Origin: Gemmatimonadales bacterium
GTDB lineage: Bacteria; Gemmatimonadota; Gemmatimonadetes; Gemmatimonadales; GWC2-71-9
DNA length: 39,538 nt
NCBI GenBank assembly: GCA_036257415.1
Contig: DATAFP010000192.1
Coordinates: 1-39,538, forward strand
Direction: 5' to 3'
Shown: positions 1 through 7,944 of the stretch, piece by piece
Layout: every line of letters starts with the position of its first letter
Position numbering within the stretch: position 1 is the first letter of the stretch
Notes under the pieces: generated by a model
What the model was told of the DNA's origin: nothing
Seen by the model: only the letters and a program-made list of their open reading frames with translations
The model's database searches: none
Translations under genes and position numbers: made by a program

Positions 1-112
1 AGTCGGCGGCGCTGTCGTAGGCCTTCGCGATCATCTGCGGCTGGGACCCCGGGACCGCCAGCGTACTGCGCTGGAGTCGCTGCTTCACCGGCTCGTAGCG
101 GGTAAGGCTCAT
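1..112 (-). CDS. HpcH/CitE (citrate lyase beta / malyl-CoA lyase)-like protein, N-terminal fragment running off the window
   Basis: The reverse strand from ATG at 112..110 reads MSLTRYEPVKQRLQRSTLAVPGSQPQMIAKAYDSAAD. This resembles the R-S-x-L-x-V-P-G...A-x-x-S-x-A-D N-terminus of CitE/malyl-CoA lyase-type enzymes. The start overlaps the upstream stop as ATGA (109..112). Only 37 codons are visible. Confidence 0.5.
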   Translation of the reverse strand, partial: MSLTRYEPVKQRLQRSTLAVPGSQPQMIAKAYDSAAD

Positions 113-1368
113 CGCGCGCCGGCCGCGGCGGCGGGCCTCGGGGCCGCCTCGGCGGGCTGCGCATCGGGCACGCGAGGCGGCAGCTCACGCTTCTCCAGCG
201 GTTGCGCCGTGCTGCGCCAGTACTCCTCCGCCGCGCCGACGCCACTGCCCGGCTGAAGCTTGATGCCGACATCGCGCATCGCCATCTCGGCGCCCGCGAT
301 CCCGCCGAGGAGCATGCACTCGTTCAGGTCGCCAATGTGCCCGACGCGGAACAGCTTCCCCGCCATCCGCGCCAGGCCGGCGCCAAGCGCCAGGTTGTAG
401 CGGCGGTACGCGACGTCGATGACCTCGGCACCGTTGAACCCGGGTGGCACCATGATGGCAGTGACCGTATCACTGTGCCACTTTGGATCCTTGGCACAGA
501 GCGAGAGTCCCCACGCCTTCACCGCGGCGCGGGTGCCCTCGGCGAGGCGGTGATGCCGGGCGAAAACGTTCTCCAGTCCCTCCTCCATCAGCATGGCGAT
601 CGCCTCCCGCAGCCCGTACAGCAGCGGGAGTGACGGGGTGTAGGGGAAGTAGCCGGTCACGTTCGCCTTGTCCATGTCGCCGAGGTCGAAGAAGACCCGC
701 TTCAACTTGGCCGAGCTGTAGAGGCTTTTGGCCTTCTGGCTCACTCCGAGCAACCCCAAGCCGGCGGGAAGCATGAATCCCTTTTGCGATCCGGTCACGG
801 TGAGGTCCACGCCCCACTCGTCCATGCGGAAATCGATGCTCCCGATGGAGCTCACGCCATCGACGGCGAGCAGCGCCGGATGCTTCGCGTCGTTCAGCGC
901 CTTCCGCATGGCGGCGACGTCGCTGGTCACGCCGGTCGCGGTCTCGTTGTGGGTAAACAAGACTGCCTTGATCTGGTGGGCCTTGTCGGCCACGAGTGCT
1001 TCGTGGTACCGCTCGATCGGCGCCCCTTCACCCCATTCGGTATCGAGGACGTCCACCTCGAGACCGAGGCGCTGCGCCATGTCGATCCAGAGATGGCTGA
1101 ACTGGCCGAAGCGGGCCGCGATCACGCGGTCGCCCGGCGAGAGAGTGTTGGTGAGCGCGGCTTCCCACGCGCCGGTGCCGCTGGCGGGAAAGATGTACGC
1201 CTGAGCCGACTGCGACTTGAAGACCTTGAGCAGATCCTTGAGGACCGGCGCAGCCAGCTTCGGGAAGTCCGAGGAACGGTGGTCTTCCATCGCGACGTGC
1301 ATCGCACACAGGATGCGGTCCGGGACGTTCGTCGGCCCGGGAACGAAGAGAAAGTTGCGGCCGGCCAT
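109..1368 (-). CDS. Class V aminotransferase, serine-glyoxylate / alanine-glyoxylate aminotransferase type
   Basis: 419-aa ORF. N-terminus is FVPGPTNVPDRIL, and the PLP-lysine context is TGSQKGFMLPAGLG. Family resemblance runs the full length. GAGG lies 8 nt upstream of the ATG. Confidence 0.85.
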   Translation of the reverse strand: MAGRNFLFVPGPTNVPDRILCAMHVAMEDHRSSDFPKLAAPVLKDLLKVFKSQSAQAYIFPASGTGAWEAALTNTLSPGDRVIAARFGQFSHLWIDMAQRLGLEVDVLDTEWGEGAPIERYHEALVADKAHQIKAVLFTHNETATGVTSDVAAMRKALNDAKHPALLAVDGVSSIGSIDFRMDEWGVDLTVTGSQKGFMLPAGLGLLGVSQKAKSLYSSAKLKRVFFDLGDMDKANVTGYFPYTPSLPLLYGLREAIAMLMEEGLENVFARHHRLAEGTRAAVKAWGLSLCAKDPKWHSDTVTAIMVPPGFNGAEVIDVAYRRYNLALGAGLARMAGKLFRVGHIGDLNECMLLGGIAGAEMAMRDVGIKLQPGSGVGAAEEYWRSTAQPLEKRELPPRVPDAQPAEAAPRPAAAAGAR

Positions 1369-1463
1369 GCTCGGTGCCTCGTCGAAAGTAGGAAATACCC
1401 AAACGCGCGGGGACGGGATCGCCCTCGCTCGTCGGGTCGGTTAAAGTTGCCTCGCCGTGTATA

Positions 1464-1471
1464 TTGTACAA
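1464..1471. promoter_or_regulatory. Perfect 8-bp palindrome TTGTACAA in an AT-richer patch of the divergent aminotransferase / glycerate kinase intergenic region
   Basis: It is embedded in GTGTATATTGTACAACCC (TGTA-N5-TACA symmetry as well). It overlaps a TATATT -10-like hexamer (1460..1465) about 40 nt upstream of ATG 1508. Confidence 0.25.
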
Positions 1472-1507
1472 CCCTATTCCGCGGCACCAGCCTCCGCCCC
1501 CGATCCG

Positions 1508-2827
1508 ATGCCCCTGCCCCACCGCGACGACGGACGCGCGTTGCTCCAGGAGCTATATGCCGCCGCCGTGGCGGCCGCCGCACCGGGGCCGGCACTCATC
1601 CGTGCGCTGGCGGACGTTCCGGCTGACCAGCCGGTTCGGCTGTTTGCGCTTGGGAAGGCGTCCCTGCCGATGGCCGAGGCCGCTGTGGAGGCACTTGCCG
1701 CTCGGGGGCTTCACCCCGCCGGTGGTCTTGTCGTTCCGCCCGTGCCCGGCCCCGCCCCGCACCCCGCGCTTCGAGTGGTAGCGGGCGATCACCCCGAACC
1801 GGGGCCTGCCTCGCGTGCGGCGGCTCAGGCGCTCGTCGAGGCGACCCGAGAGACCCATCCCAACGACGAGGCCTGGGTCCTGCTTTCGGGCGGTGCCACC
1901 AGCCTGCTGGCCGCCCCGATCGACGGCGTGAGCCCCGCCGATCTGGCCGCGCTGTACAGCATCCTCCTCGGCTCTGGCCTGGACATCACGGCCATGAACC
2001 GGATTCGCAAACGCTTCTCGCGCTGGGGCGGCGGTCGGCTCGCCGCCGCGCTGAGCCCGGCGTGTGTGCGCGTGTTCGTCGTCTCCGACGTCATCGGGGA
2101 CGATCTTGCGTCAATTGCCTCGGGCCCTTGCGTGCCCGACCCGAGCCGTGCGGCAGACGTCCGTGCCGCACTCGATGCCGCCGGGTTGACCAAGCAACTA
2201 CCGCCCACGTTGCTGGTCGTGCTGAGTGACGTCGAAGCCGGACGCGCCCCGGAAACTCCCAAGCCGGGCGATCCGGTGTTCGCCCGCGTGGACACCACGC
2301 TCATCGCGAGCAACCGTCTGGCACTAGAAGCTGCCGCCGCGCTAGCGGGTCGCAGAGGTATTGCCGCCGATATCGCGCCCGCGCCGCTTGAGGGTGAAGC
2401 GGCGACTACGGGGCGTGAGATCGCCCAGACCTTGGTAAGGTATGCCCGAGGTTCCGACATGCAACGGCCGAGATGCACCATCTGGGGAGGCGAGACCACC
2501 GTTACGCTGGGTGCTTCACCGCTCGGCGTCGGCGGCCGGTCCCAGGAGTTCGCGCTTGCCGCCGCGGAGGTGCTCGGCCGCGAGGGTGAAGGCCCCGGCG
2601 GCATCTCGCTGCTCGCAGCAGGAACGGATGGCCGCGATGGACCGACTGACGCGGCAGGCGCCATCATCGACGGTCGGACCTGGGAGGCCATCCGCAGAGC
2701 GGGTCGCGATCCAGGTCGCGATCTCGCGGCGCACGACGCGTATCGCGCACTCGATGCGGCCGGAGTTCTGCTCAAGCCCGGTCTCACCGGAACCAACGTG
2801 ATGGACGTGGTGATCGGATTGTGGTGA
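1508..2827 (+). CDS. Glycerate 2-kinase / hydroxypyruvate reductase family (DUF4147 + MOFRL domains)
   Basis: LLSGGATSLL, NRIRKRFSRWGGGRL and the C-terminal GTDGRDGPTDAAGA...TGTNVMD are typical of MOFRL glycerate kinases. I chose ATG 1508 (MPLPHRDD) over the track's GTG 1457, so the start is uncertain. Confidence 0.8.
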   Translation: MPLPHRDDGRALLQELYAAAVAAAAPGPALIRALADVPADQPVRLFALGKASLPMAEAAVEALAARGLHPAGGLVVPPVPGPAPHPALRVVAGDHPEPGPASRAAAQALVEATRETHPNDEAWVLLSGGATSLLAAPIDGVSPADLAALYSILLGSGLDITAMNRIRKRFSRWGGGRLAAALSPACVRVFVVSDVIGDDLASIASGPCVPDPSRAADVRAALDAAGLTKQLPPTLLVVLSDVEAGRAPETPKPGDPVFARVDTTLIASNRLALEAAAALAGRRGIAADIAPAPLEGEAATTGREIAQTLVRYARGSDMQRPRCTIWGGETTVTLGASPLGVGGRSQEFALAAAEVLGREGEGPGGISLLAAGTDGRDGPTDAAGAIIDGRTWEAIRRAGRDPGRDLAAHDAYRALDAAGVLLKPGLTGTNVMDVVIGLW

Positions 2828-4500
2828 TGGTTCACGGGTTTGTGGCCGCCTCGCTCCTCGCGCTGGCTGGCGCGCTCCCTGCCCAGGCGCCAGCCGATCT
2901 CGTCTTTCGAGGCGGCCGGATCTACACCGCCAACGACAAGGCGCCGATCGCAGAAGCGGTCGTGGTGCGGGGCGATCGCATCGTCTACGTCGGTGCCGCC
3001 GGCCCCGCCGGCCGATACGTGGGACCCAAGACCCGGGTGGTGGAGCTCGGGGAGCGCATTCTCGTACCAGGGCTCGCCGATGCGCATGCGCATCTCGCCA
3101 GCATCGGGGCGCGCGAGCTCGGCTTCAATCTCGAGGGTACCCGGAGCCTCGCCGATTTCCTCGCTCGCGTCCAGACACGGGTGCGCGGCGCCGAGCTTGG
3201 CACCTGGGTCACCGGCAGGAACTGGATCGAGACGCACTGGCCCGAGCGCCGCTTCCCTACTCGCCAGGACCTCGATCGGGTGGCTCCCGACAACCCGGTC
3301 TTCCTGAAGCGGTCGGACGGTCACGCCGCTGTGGCGAACAGCAAGGCGCTTACAGAAGCGGGTATCACCCGTGGCACCCGCTCACCATTCGGCGGCGAGA
3401 TCCTGCGCGACGACAGAGGCGAGCCGACCGGCATGCTCATCGACAACGCGCAGAACCTGGTTGCGACGCACGTCCCGGCTCCAGCACCCGACGCGCTCGA
3501 CAGCGCCCTCGTGGTCGGCGCCCGGCGCGAGGTGAAGCTCGGCTGGACTCAGCTGCACGACGCGGGCGGCGAGTGGTCCGACGTTGAGCGTATGCGGCGG
3601 CTCTACGCCGACCGGCAGATCAAGCTGCGGGTGTACAAAGCCGTGTTGGGACCGGGCCCGGCCGCCGACACTTTGCTCCTGCGGGGCATGTCGGTAGGCG
3701 AGTTCGGCGGCCGCTTCACCGTCCGAACGATCAAGACATTGCTTGACGGTGCGCTGGGTTCTCGAGGCGCCGCGCTACTCGAGCCGTACAGCGATCGCCC
3801 AGATACTCGCGGCCTGCTGCGGACTCAGCTGGAGCTTTACCGGCCCATGCTTCGCGAGGCGCTTCGACGGGGAATCCAGGTGGAGACTCATGCGATCGGT
3901 GACAGCGCTAACCGCCTCCTTCTCGATCTCTATGCCGAGGCGTTCGATGCGGTGCCGGTACCACAGCGAAAAATTCCCCAGCCACGCTGGCGCGACGAAC
4001 ATACACAAGTGTTGTCACCGGCCGACGTGCCCCGGTTCGCCCAGCTCGGAGTGATCCCCTCCATGCAGCCTTCGCACGCGATAAGCGACCTGCACTTCGC
4101 GGCCACCCGCCTCGGTCCCGATCGGGTGGCCGGCGCGTACGCGTGGCGCAGCCTGCTCCGCACCGGCGTGCCCATCGCCGGGGGGTCGGACGCACCGGTC
4201 GAACGCGGGGAGCCGATGATCGAGTTCTATGCTGCCGTAGCGCGGCGCGACACGACGGGGTTCCAGGGGGCCGACTGGCATCCCGAGCAGGTGGCGACGC
4301 GCGAAGAGGCACTCAAGATGTTCACGGTGTGGCCGGCATATGCGGCCTTCGAGGAGAGCCGGCGCGGAACGATCGACTCGGGCAAGTGGGCCGATCTCAC
4401 GGTGCTCTCGGGGGACATCATGCGGATGCCGGCGCGCGAGATACTCAAGGCGCGTGCCGTCATGACCGTAATCGGCGGCGAGATCGTAGCGGAGGAGTGA
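2827..4500 (+). CDS. Secreted metal-dependent amidohydrolase (Amidohydro_3 / YtcJ-like)
   Basis: Signal-peptide-like N-terminus (FVAASLLALAGALPAQA). PGLADAHAHL metal-binding motif, later HAIGD, and C-terminal GSDAPVE. Start is ATG 2827 overlapping the upstream TGA, or GTG 2821. Confidence 0.8.
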   Translation: MVHGFVAASLLALAGALPAQAPADLVFRGGRIYTANDKAPIAEAVVVRGDRIVYVGAAGPAGRYVGPKTRVVELGERILVPGLADAHAHLASIGARELGFNLEGTRSLADFLARVQTRVRGAELGTWVTGRNWIETHWPERRFPTRQDLDRVAPDNPVFLKRSDGHAAVANSKALTEAGITRGTRSPFGGEILRDDRGEPTGMLIDNAQNLVATHVPAPAPDALDSALVVGARREVKLGWTQLHDAGGEWSDVERMRRLYADRQIKLRVYKAVLGPGPAADTLLLRGMSVGEFGGRFTVRTIKTLLDGALGSRGAALLEPYSDRPDTRGLLRTQLELYRPMLREALRRGIQVETHAIGDSANRLLLDLYAEAFDAVPVPQRKIPQPRWRDEHTQVLSPADVPRFAQLGVIPSMQPSHAISDLHFAATRLGPDRVAGAYAWRSLLRTGVPIAGGSDAPVERGEPMIEFYAAVARRDTTGFQGADWHPEQVATREEALKMFTVWPAYAAFEESRRGTIDSGKWADLTVLSGDIMRMPAREILKARAVMTVIGGEIVAEE

Positions 4501-4501
4501 C

Positions 4502-4969
4502 CTAGAGGCCCACGTCGGCGGGCGGTTTCCAATCCATTCCCAGGATGACGGTGACGTCCACCCGCCGGAGCGTGTCGATATCCGCCACGACCGTCCCGGC
4601 CCCCAGTGCGCCTGCCACGCGGCGGGCGTCGCTTTGATTCACCCCGCGTCGAACGACGATCTTCGTCGTCCGCACCACGCCCTCGCCCTCCCAGTTGCCG
4701 AAGAACACCACGTCCAGGCCTTGGCGGCGGAGAACCCGGGTCGCGCTGCGGGCACGACCCGGCTGACCACTGCCGTTCAACACCTCCACGACGACCCGAT
4801 TGTCGACGGAGGGAATGGCGAACGCGTGGCCGGTGACTCGGTCGGGCGCGCGGCCGCGAAGCGCCAGCGCAGTTGCGGTGGTCGCGACCGCGGCGAGCGC
4901 GATCAGCGCTCCGAAGAGGTGCCGGCGAGCGAGTTCCAAAAGCGCACCGTCGGCTCCGGCAGCGGCCAC
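4502..4969 (-). CDS. LytR_C domain (LytR/CpsA/Psr C-terminal type) membrane-anchored protein
   Basis: The C-terminal VVVEVLNGSGQPGRARSATRVLRRQGLDVVFFGNW...VRRG...ARRVAGALG pattern is typical of LytR_C, preceded by one hydrophobic helix (LFGALIALAAVATTATALAL). There is no ATG, so candidate starts are GTG 4969 or TTG 4939. The 310-aa track ORF is an artefactual upstream extension. Confidence 0.6.
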   Translation of the reverse strand: MAAAGADGALLELARRHLFGALIALAAVATTATALALRGRAPDRVTGHAFAIPSVDNRVVVEVLNGSGQPGRARSATRVLRRQGLDVVFFGNWEGEGVVRTTKIVVRRGVNQSDARRVAGALGAGTVVADIDTLRRVDVTVILGMDWKPPADVGL

Positions 4970-5484
4970 CCAGAGCTCACGATATGGGTGAGTCGGCGCC
5001 GCGCGACCTCGAGCACGACGGCATTCGGCTCCAGAGGAAAGCGACCGGCCAGCTCCGCGCGGGCCTCGTGATCGAAGCGCCGCCCGGGTTCCAGAAAGTC
5101 GGCCGCATACAGCACCCGGCCTACATTGTCCCAGTCGGCACAGCCGAGCGAGTGGTAGCGAACCGCGTCGAGCACGCCTCGGTCCACTTCCCCATCTGCC
5201 GCGGCCCGCGCCGCGCTCGCCGGGCCGTGTCTCAGTTCGACCGGACCGAAGTCCGCCGGTGCCCACCGCTGCAGGTCGGCCGGCGACGCGTCGCGCAGCG
5301 CGTCGTGCAGCCATCCGGCGCGCAGCCAGCGATGCTGCTCCGCCTCCGCCACACCCATCGCTACGGCCCAGGTTTCGATGAGTGCTACCACCCGTTCGAT
5401 GTGGGCGAGCCGCTTGGAAGACACCACGGCCCACGCGGGCAACGTGGGCCGGGTGTCGGGTGAGGTCAGGTGAAACGCGGGCAC
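4903..5484 (-). CDS. HD-superfamily hydrolase, YqeK-like (putative Ap4A hydrolase family)
   Basis: RLAHIERVVALIETWAVAMGV...AGWLHDALRD...AVRYHSLG...VLYAADFLEPGRRF matches the YqeK HD-domain pattern. Start is uncertain: GTG 5484 was chosen because it lies just downstream of the panD stop. Confidence 0.6.
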   Translation of the reverse strand: MPAFHLTSPDTRPTLPAWAVVSSKRLAHIERVVALIETWAVAMGVAEAEQHRWLRAGWLHDALRDASPADLQRWAPADFGPVELRHGPASAARAAADGEVDRGVLDAVRYHSLGCADWDNVGRVLYAADFLEPGRRFDHEARAELAGRFPLEPNAVVLEVARRRLTHIVSSGWPLPEPTVRFWNSLAGTSSER

Positions 5485-5497
5485 TGGCGTGCCGCGG

Positions 5498-5869
5498 TCA
5501 ACTCTCCGCGCGCAGCGGGGGCCGCACGATGCGGTTCCGCTCGTCCACGAAGACGATGCGGGGCACATGACGGCGTGCTTCCGCGTCGGCATACATCCCG
5601 TACGAGATCAGGATCACGAGGTCGCCCGGATGGCCCAGACGGGCGGCCGCCCCGTTGAGCTGAATCTGGCCGGAGCCGCGCCGCCCCGGGATCACGTAGG
5701 TGGTGAACCGCGAGCCGTTGTTCACGTTGACGACCTGCACTTCCTCGTAGGTCACCAGATCCGCCGCATCCAGCAGGTCTTCGTCCACGGTAAGCGAGCC
5801 CTCGTAGTGCAGATCGGCCGAGGTGATCGTGGCACGGTGAATCTTGGACTTCATGAGGTGCCGCTGCAT
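5498..5869 (-). CDS. panD: Aspartate 1-decarboxylase
   Basis: [29 protein letters not shown] carries the canonical N-terminus and the YEGS self-cleavage (pyruvoyl) site. 123 aa. GGAG lies between the panC stop and this ATG. Confidence 0.93.
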   Translation of the reverse strand: MQRHLMKSKIHRATITSADLHYEGSLTVDEDLLDAADLVTYEEVQVVNVNNGSRFTTYVIPGRRGSGQIQLNGAAARLGHPGDLVILISYGMYADAEARRHVPRIVFVDERNRIVRPPLRAES

Positions 5870-5877
5870 GCCGCTCC

Positions 5878-6723
5878 TCACCGGAGGATCAGGTTGTCGA
5901 TGAGCCTCGTCCGTCCCACCCGCACTGCCGCTGCCAGGATCGTGCCCGGCACGGCCTCGTCGACTCGCTGCAGGTGCTCCGGATCGATTGCGGCAATATA
6001 GTCGGCACGAAGAGCCGGAGCAGCCGCGATTTCGCGGGCGACCACGGCTTCGAGCGCCGGTCCGGCGCGCTCCCCGGTTCGCCATGCTACCGCAGCGGCG
6101 CGGAGCCCGCGGTTCAACGCGAGCGCGTCCTGCCGCTCGTTGGGGCCGAGGTAGGAGTTGCGGCTGCTGAGTGCGAGGCCGTCTTCCTCCCGGACGGTCG
6201 GCACCACGGAGAGCTCGACCGGCAGGTCGAGATCGCGCACCATCCGTCGCACCAGTGTGACCTGCTGGATGTCCTTCTGCCCGAAACAGGCGACCTCGGG
6301 TTCGACGAGGTGGAAGAGTTTGGCGACGACCGTGAGCACGCCGGCGAAATGGCCCGGACGCGCCGCGCCTTCCCACCGGTCCCCGGCCGCGCCCGGCACG
6401 ATCCGGGTGTCAGCGCCGGGCGGATACATCGTGGCGACGGTGGGAACGAACAGGAGGTCGACCCTGCGGTCGCGCACCAACGCGCGGTCGCGGTTGAGGT
6501 CACGAGGATAGCGGTCGAAATCCTCGCCGGGGCCGAACTGTAGCGGATTGACGAAGATGCTCATCACTACCAGCTCAGCGCGGCGACGGGCGTCGTCCAC
6601 CAGCGCGAGGTGCCCCGCGTGCAGGAAGCCCATCGTGGGCACCAGCGCAACACGCCGTCCCGCCGCCCGGGCCTCGCGCCGCCAGGCCCTGAGCGCGGGC
6701 ACCTCGGCGACTTCCTCCATCAC
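5878..6723 (-). CDS. panC: Pantoate-beta-alanine ligase
   Basis: [15 protein letters not shown] (HxGH motif), [11 protein letters not shown], and family resemblance along the full length. Confidence 0.93.
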   Translation of the reverse strand: MMEEVAEVPALRAWRREARAAGRRVALVPTMGFLHAGHLALVDDARRRAELVVMSIFVNPLQFGPGEDFDRYPRDLNRDRALVRDRRVDLLFVPTVATMYPPGADTRIVPGAAGDRWEGAARPGHFAGVLTVVAKLFHLVEPEVACFGQKDIQQVTLVRRMVRDLDLPVELSVVPTVREEDGLALSSRNSYLGPNERQDALALNRGLRAAAVAWRTGERAGPALEAVVAREIAAAPALRADYIAAIDPEHLQRVDEAVPGTILAAAVRVGRTRLIDNLILR

Positions 6724-7529
6724 TCGAAGCTGTGCTCGGCGCCCGGGTATCGTCCGGCCCGCACCTCGTCGGTGAAGGTCTGCGCTGCACGCCGTACCTC
6801 TTCCGCCAGCTCGGCGTAGCGCTTGAGGAAGCGGGGCCGGAAGCTCTCGTTGAGACCCAGCATGTCGTACAGCACGAGCACCTGGCCGTCGCAGCCCGGC
6901 CCGGCGCCGATCCCAATGGTCGGAATGGCGAGTCCTTCCGAGATCCGGCGCGCCAGCGTGGCCGGCACGAGCTCGAGCACCAACCCGAATGCACCCGCCT
7001 CCTCCAGTGCGCGAGCGTCGTTTGCCAGTCGCTCCGCGGCATCGGCGCTCCGGCCCTGCACTCGATAGCCGCCGAGCGCGTGCACCGACTGAGGCGTGAG
7101 CCCGAGATGGCCCATGACCGGAATGCCGCGGTCCACCAACGCGCGCACGGTGGGGGCCATGGGCGCGCCGCCCTCCAGCTTCACGCCTTGGGCTCCGGTC
7201 TCCTGCATGACGCGACCCGCATTGCGGATCGCCTCCTCGATCGATACCTGGTAGCTCAGGAACGGCAGGTCGACCAGCACGAGGGATTCGGGACTTCCCC
7301 GACGGACCGCCGACGTATGGTAGATGAGTTGATCGAGCGTCGCGCTGAGCGTGCTTTCCCGCCCGGCCACGACCTGGTTCACCGAATCGCCGACCAGGAG
7401 CACGTCCACCTCGGGCGCGATGATGCGAGCGAAGGTCGCGTCGTAACAGGTGAGCACGGCGATCCTGCGCCCCGCAGCCTTCATGGCGACGAGGTCCAGC
7501 GGCGTCCGCGGCTGCGAATCAGGCGACAT
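6720..7529 (-). CDS. panB: 3-methyl-2-oxobutanoate hydroxymethyltransferase
   Basis: LTCYDATFA, VLLVGDS, VKLEGG and GHLGLTPQS motifs. The stop overlaps the panC start (6720..6723). Confidence 0.93.
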   Translation of the reverse strand: MSPDSQPRTPLDLVAMKAAGRRIAVLTCYDATFARIIAPEVDVLLVGDSVNQVVAGRESTLSATLDQLIYHTSAVRRGSPESLVLVDLPFLSYQVSIEEAIRNAGRVMQETGAQGVKLEGGAPMAPTVRALVDRGIPVMGHLGLTPQSVHALGGYRVQGRSADAAERLANDARALEEAGAFGLVLELVPATLARRISEGLAIPTIGIGAGPGCDGQVLVLYDMLGLNESFRPRFLKRYAELAEEVRRAAQTFTDEVRAGRYPGAEHSFE

Positions 7530-7944
7530 GGCGCTCCAATTCGGCCAGCTCCCGGAGCCAGAAGTCGCGGTTGGGGAGCTCGGGATGGGGGACCACGAGA
7601 TCGGGATCGTTCACCCGCCGGTCACCGTACTTGACGATGTCCAGATCGAGGGTTCGGGATCCCCACCGGGAGGCCCGGGTTCTGCCCCGGCCTGCCTCGA
7701 TCTCCTGACACCCGCGAAGCAGGGCGCGCGGCGTGAGCCCGGTCTCGAGCAATACCATCTGGTTCAGATAGAGCGGCTGCGCGAGCTCCCCGAGCGGCAC
7801 GGTCTCCTCGATGCTGGATTCGGCCACCAGCGTTGTGTCGGGCAGCGCCGCCAGGCCTGCCCGCCCGGCGGCCAGGTGCCCGGCGCGATCCCCAAGATTG
7901 CTGCCGAGTGCTACAAACGCCCGCTCCCGGCGCACCGCGGTCAC
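7519..7944 (-). CDS. folK: 2-amino-4-hydroxy-6-hydroxymethyldihydropteridine pyrophosphokinase
   Basis: [24 protein letters not shown] and [12 protein letters not shown] are classic HPPK motifs. The GTG start forms a GTGA overlap with the upstream stop (7941..7944). Confidence 0.9.
   Translation of the reverse strand: MTAVRRERAFVALGSNLGDRAGHLAAGRAGLAALPDTTLVAESSIEETVPLGELAQPLYLNQMVLLETGLTPRALLRGCQEIEAGRGRTRASRWGSRTLDLDIVKYGDRRVNDPDLVVPHPELPNRDFWLRELAELERHVA

Noticed and set aside
1825-3324. Long antisense or alternative-frame ORFs opposite confidently assigned genes. Examples: 1825..3324 (-) 499 aa, 7450..8763 (+) 437 aa, 12698..14089 (+) 463 aa, 20664..22013 (-) 449 aa, 26070..28043 (-) 657 aa, 28206..29906 (-) 566 aa, 32993..34207 (-) 404 aa.
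   Set aside because: Their translations are low-complexity Arg/Ala/Gly/Pro/Ser-rich strings with no recognisable motifs. They lie exactly opposite genes with strong family signatures. Stop-codon-poor GC-rich DNA generates such ORFs by chance.
4970-5434. N-terminal extensions of track ORFs: 4502..5434, 5498..6376, 10803..12755, 16364..17200, 18029..19213, 21773..22996, 24352..25446, 29582..32491, 32495..32941, 38454..39485.
   Set aside because: In every case the extension overlaps the 3' part of a well-supported upstream gene and is Arg/Pro/Gly-rich. The family-conserved N-terminus begins at an internal start codon that abuts or overlaps the upstream stop.
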